Shown here one piece after another: positions 63,729 through 64,000 of a stretch of 64,000 nucleotides of DNA (its first letter is position 1; each line of letters begins with the position of its first letter). The position numbers and the translations under genes are program-made. Below the pieces are notes generated by a model that searched no databases, was not told where the DNA came from, and was given only the letters and a program-made list of their open reading frames with translations. The stretch is from Candidatus Dadabacteria bacterium (GTDB lineage: Bacteria; Desulfobacterota_D; UBA1144; Nemesobacterales; CSP1-2). The stretch spans positions 640,001-704,000 of the forward strand of contig CAWDVW010000007.1 in assembly GCA_963805855.1 (NCBI GenBank), written 5' to 3'.

Positions 63729-64000
63729 TCGAGAAAAACCTCCAAAGTAGTTTTTTAGATTTAATATGTAACGTATGATTCTTGGATAGTAATCCTGGCA
63801 ACTCTTACATGTGTATTCCAAAAATCTAATCTTGAGGGCATGTCCATTAACAAACATCAGGAAATTCGCCCGAATAATTCCTCTAACACTTTATACCTGT
63901 AATTAAATATATCTATTACCTTTTTATTTACAACTAAATTTCCAAATAGCCTACCAAAAAATCCAAAGGGCATCACGTAATGAACCAAATCCTGCATTTC

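Noticed and set aside
1-64000. CRISPR array, rRNA, tRNA or prophage
   Set aside because: No repeat-spacer array, cas gene, stand-alone tRNA, rRNA or phage gene recognised by eye

Overview
Ordinary-looking, AT-rich bacterial chromosome segment with about 55 credible CDS. Gene content resembles Desulfobacterota-related lineages such as Dadabacteria, but this is a weak inference. The stand-out is a complete ~1.42 kb IS110-family (IS1111-type) element at 1062-2484. Its 3' non-coding end can be read as a two-loop bridge/seek RNA: the guides (TCGACTGGCT, ACTGAG, ATAACAG) match the reconstructed empty target, a REP-like palindrome with a CT core, and the element's own right end. Circularisation would build a TTGACT-17-TATGTT promoter, and a hairpin hides the transposase RBS. 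Also present: an 11-subunit complex I operon lacking nuoEFG with fused nuoBC; gltA; ptsP; fpr; an RNB nuclease; pyrG-rdgB-rph; ssrA-smpB; dtd; an alr-repeat protein-mlaEFD-ParB-like operon; an orphan VWA protein; a porin/FMN-binding/His-membrane trio behind a palindrome-covered promoter; ispH; a DEAD-box helicase; a truncated amino-acid dehydrogenase joined to a headless gene; an M1 peptidase-ChaN-PDZ fusion; and a photolyase/NDH-2/pdxH/BCP cluster. Several REP-like repeats occur. No CRISPR array, rRNA or tRNA was seen. All calls are by eye, with no database search.
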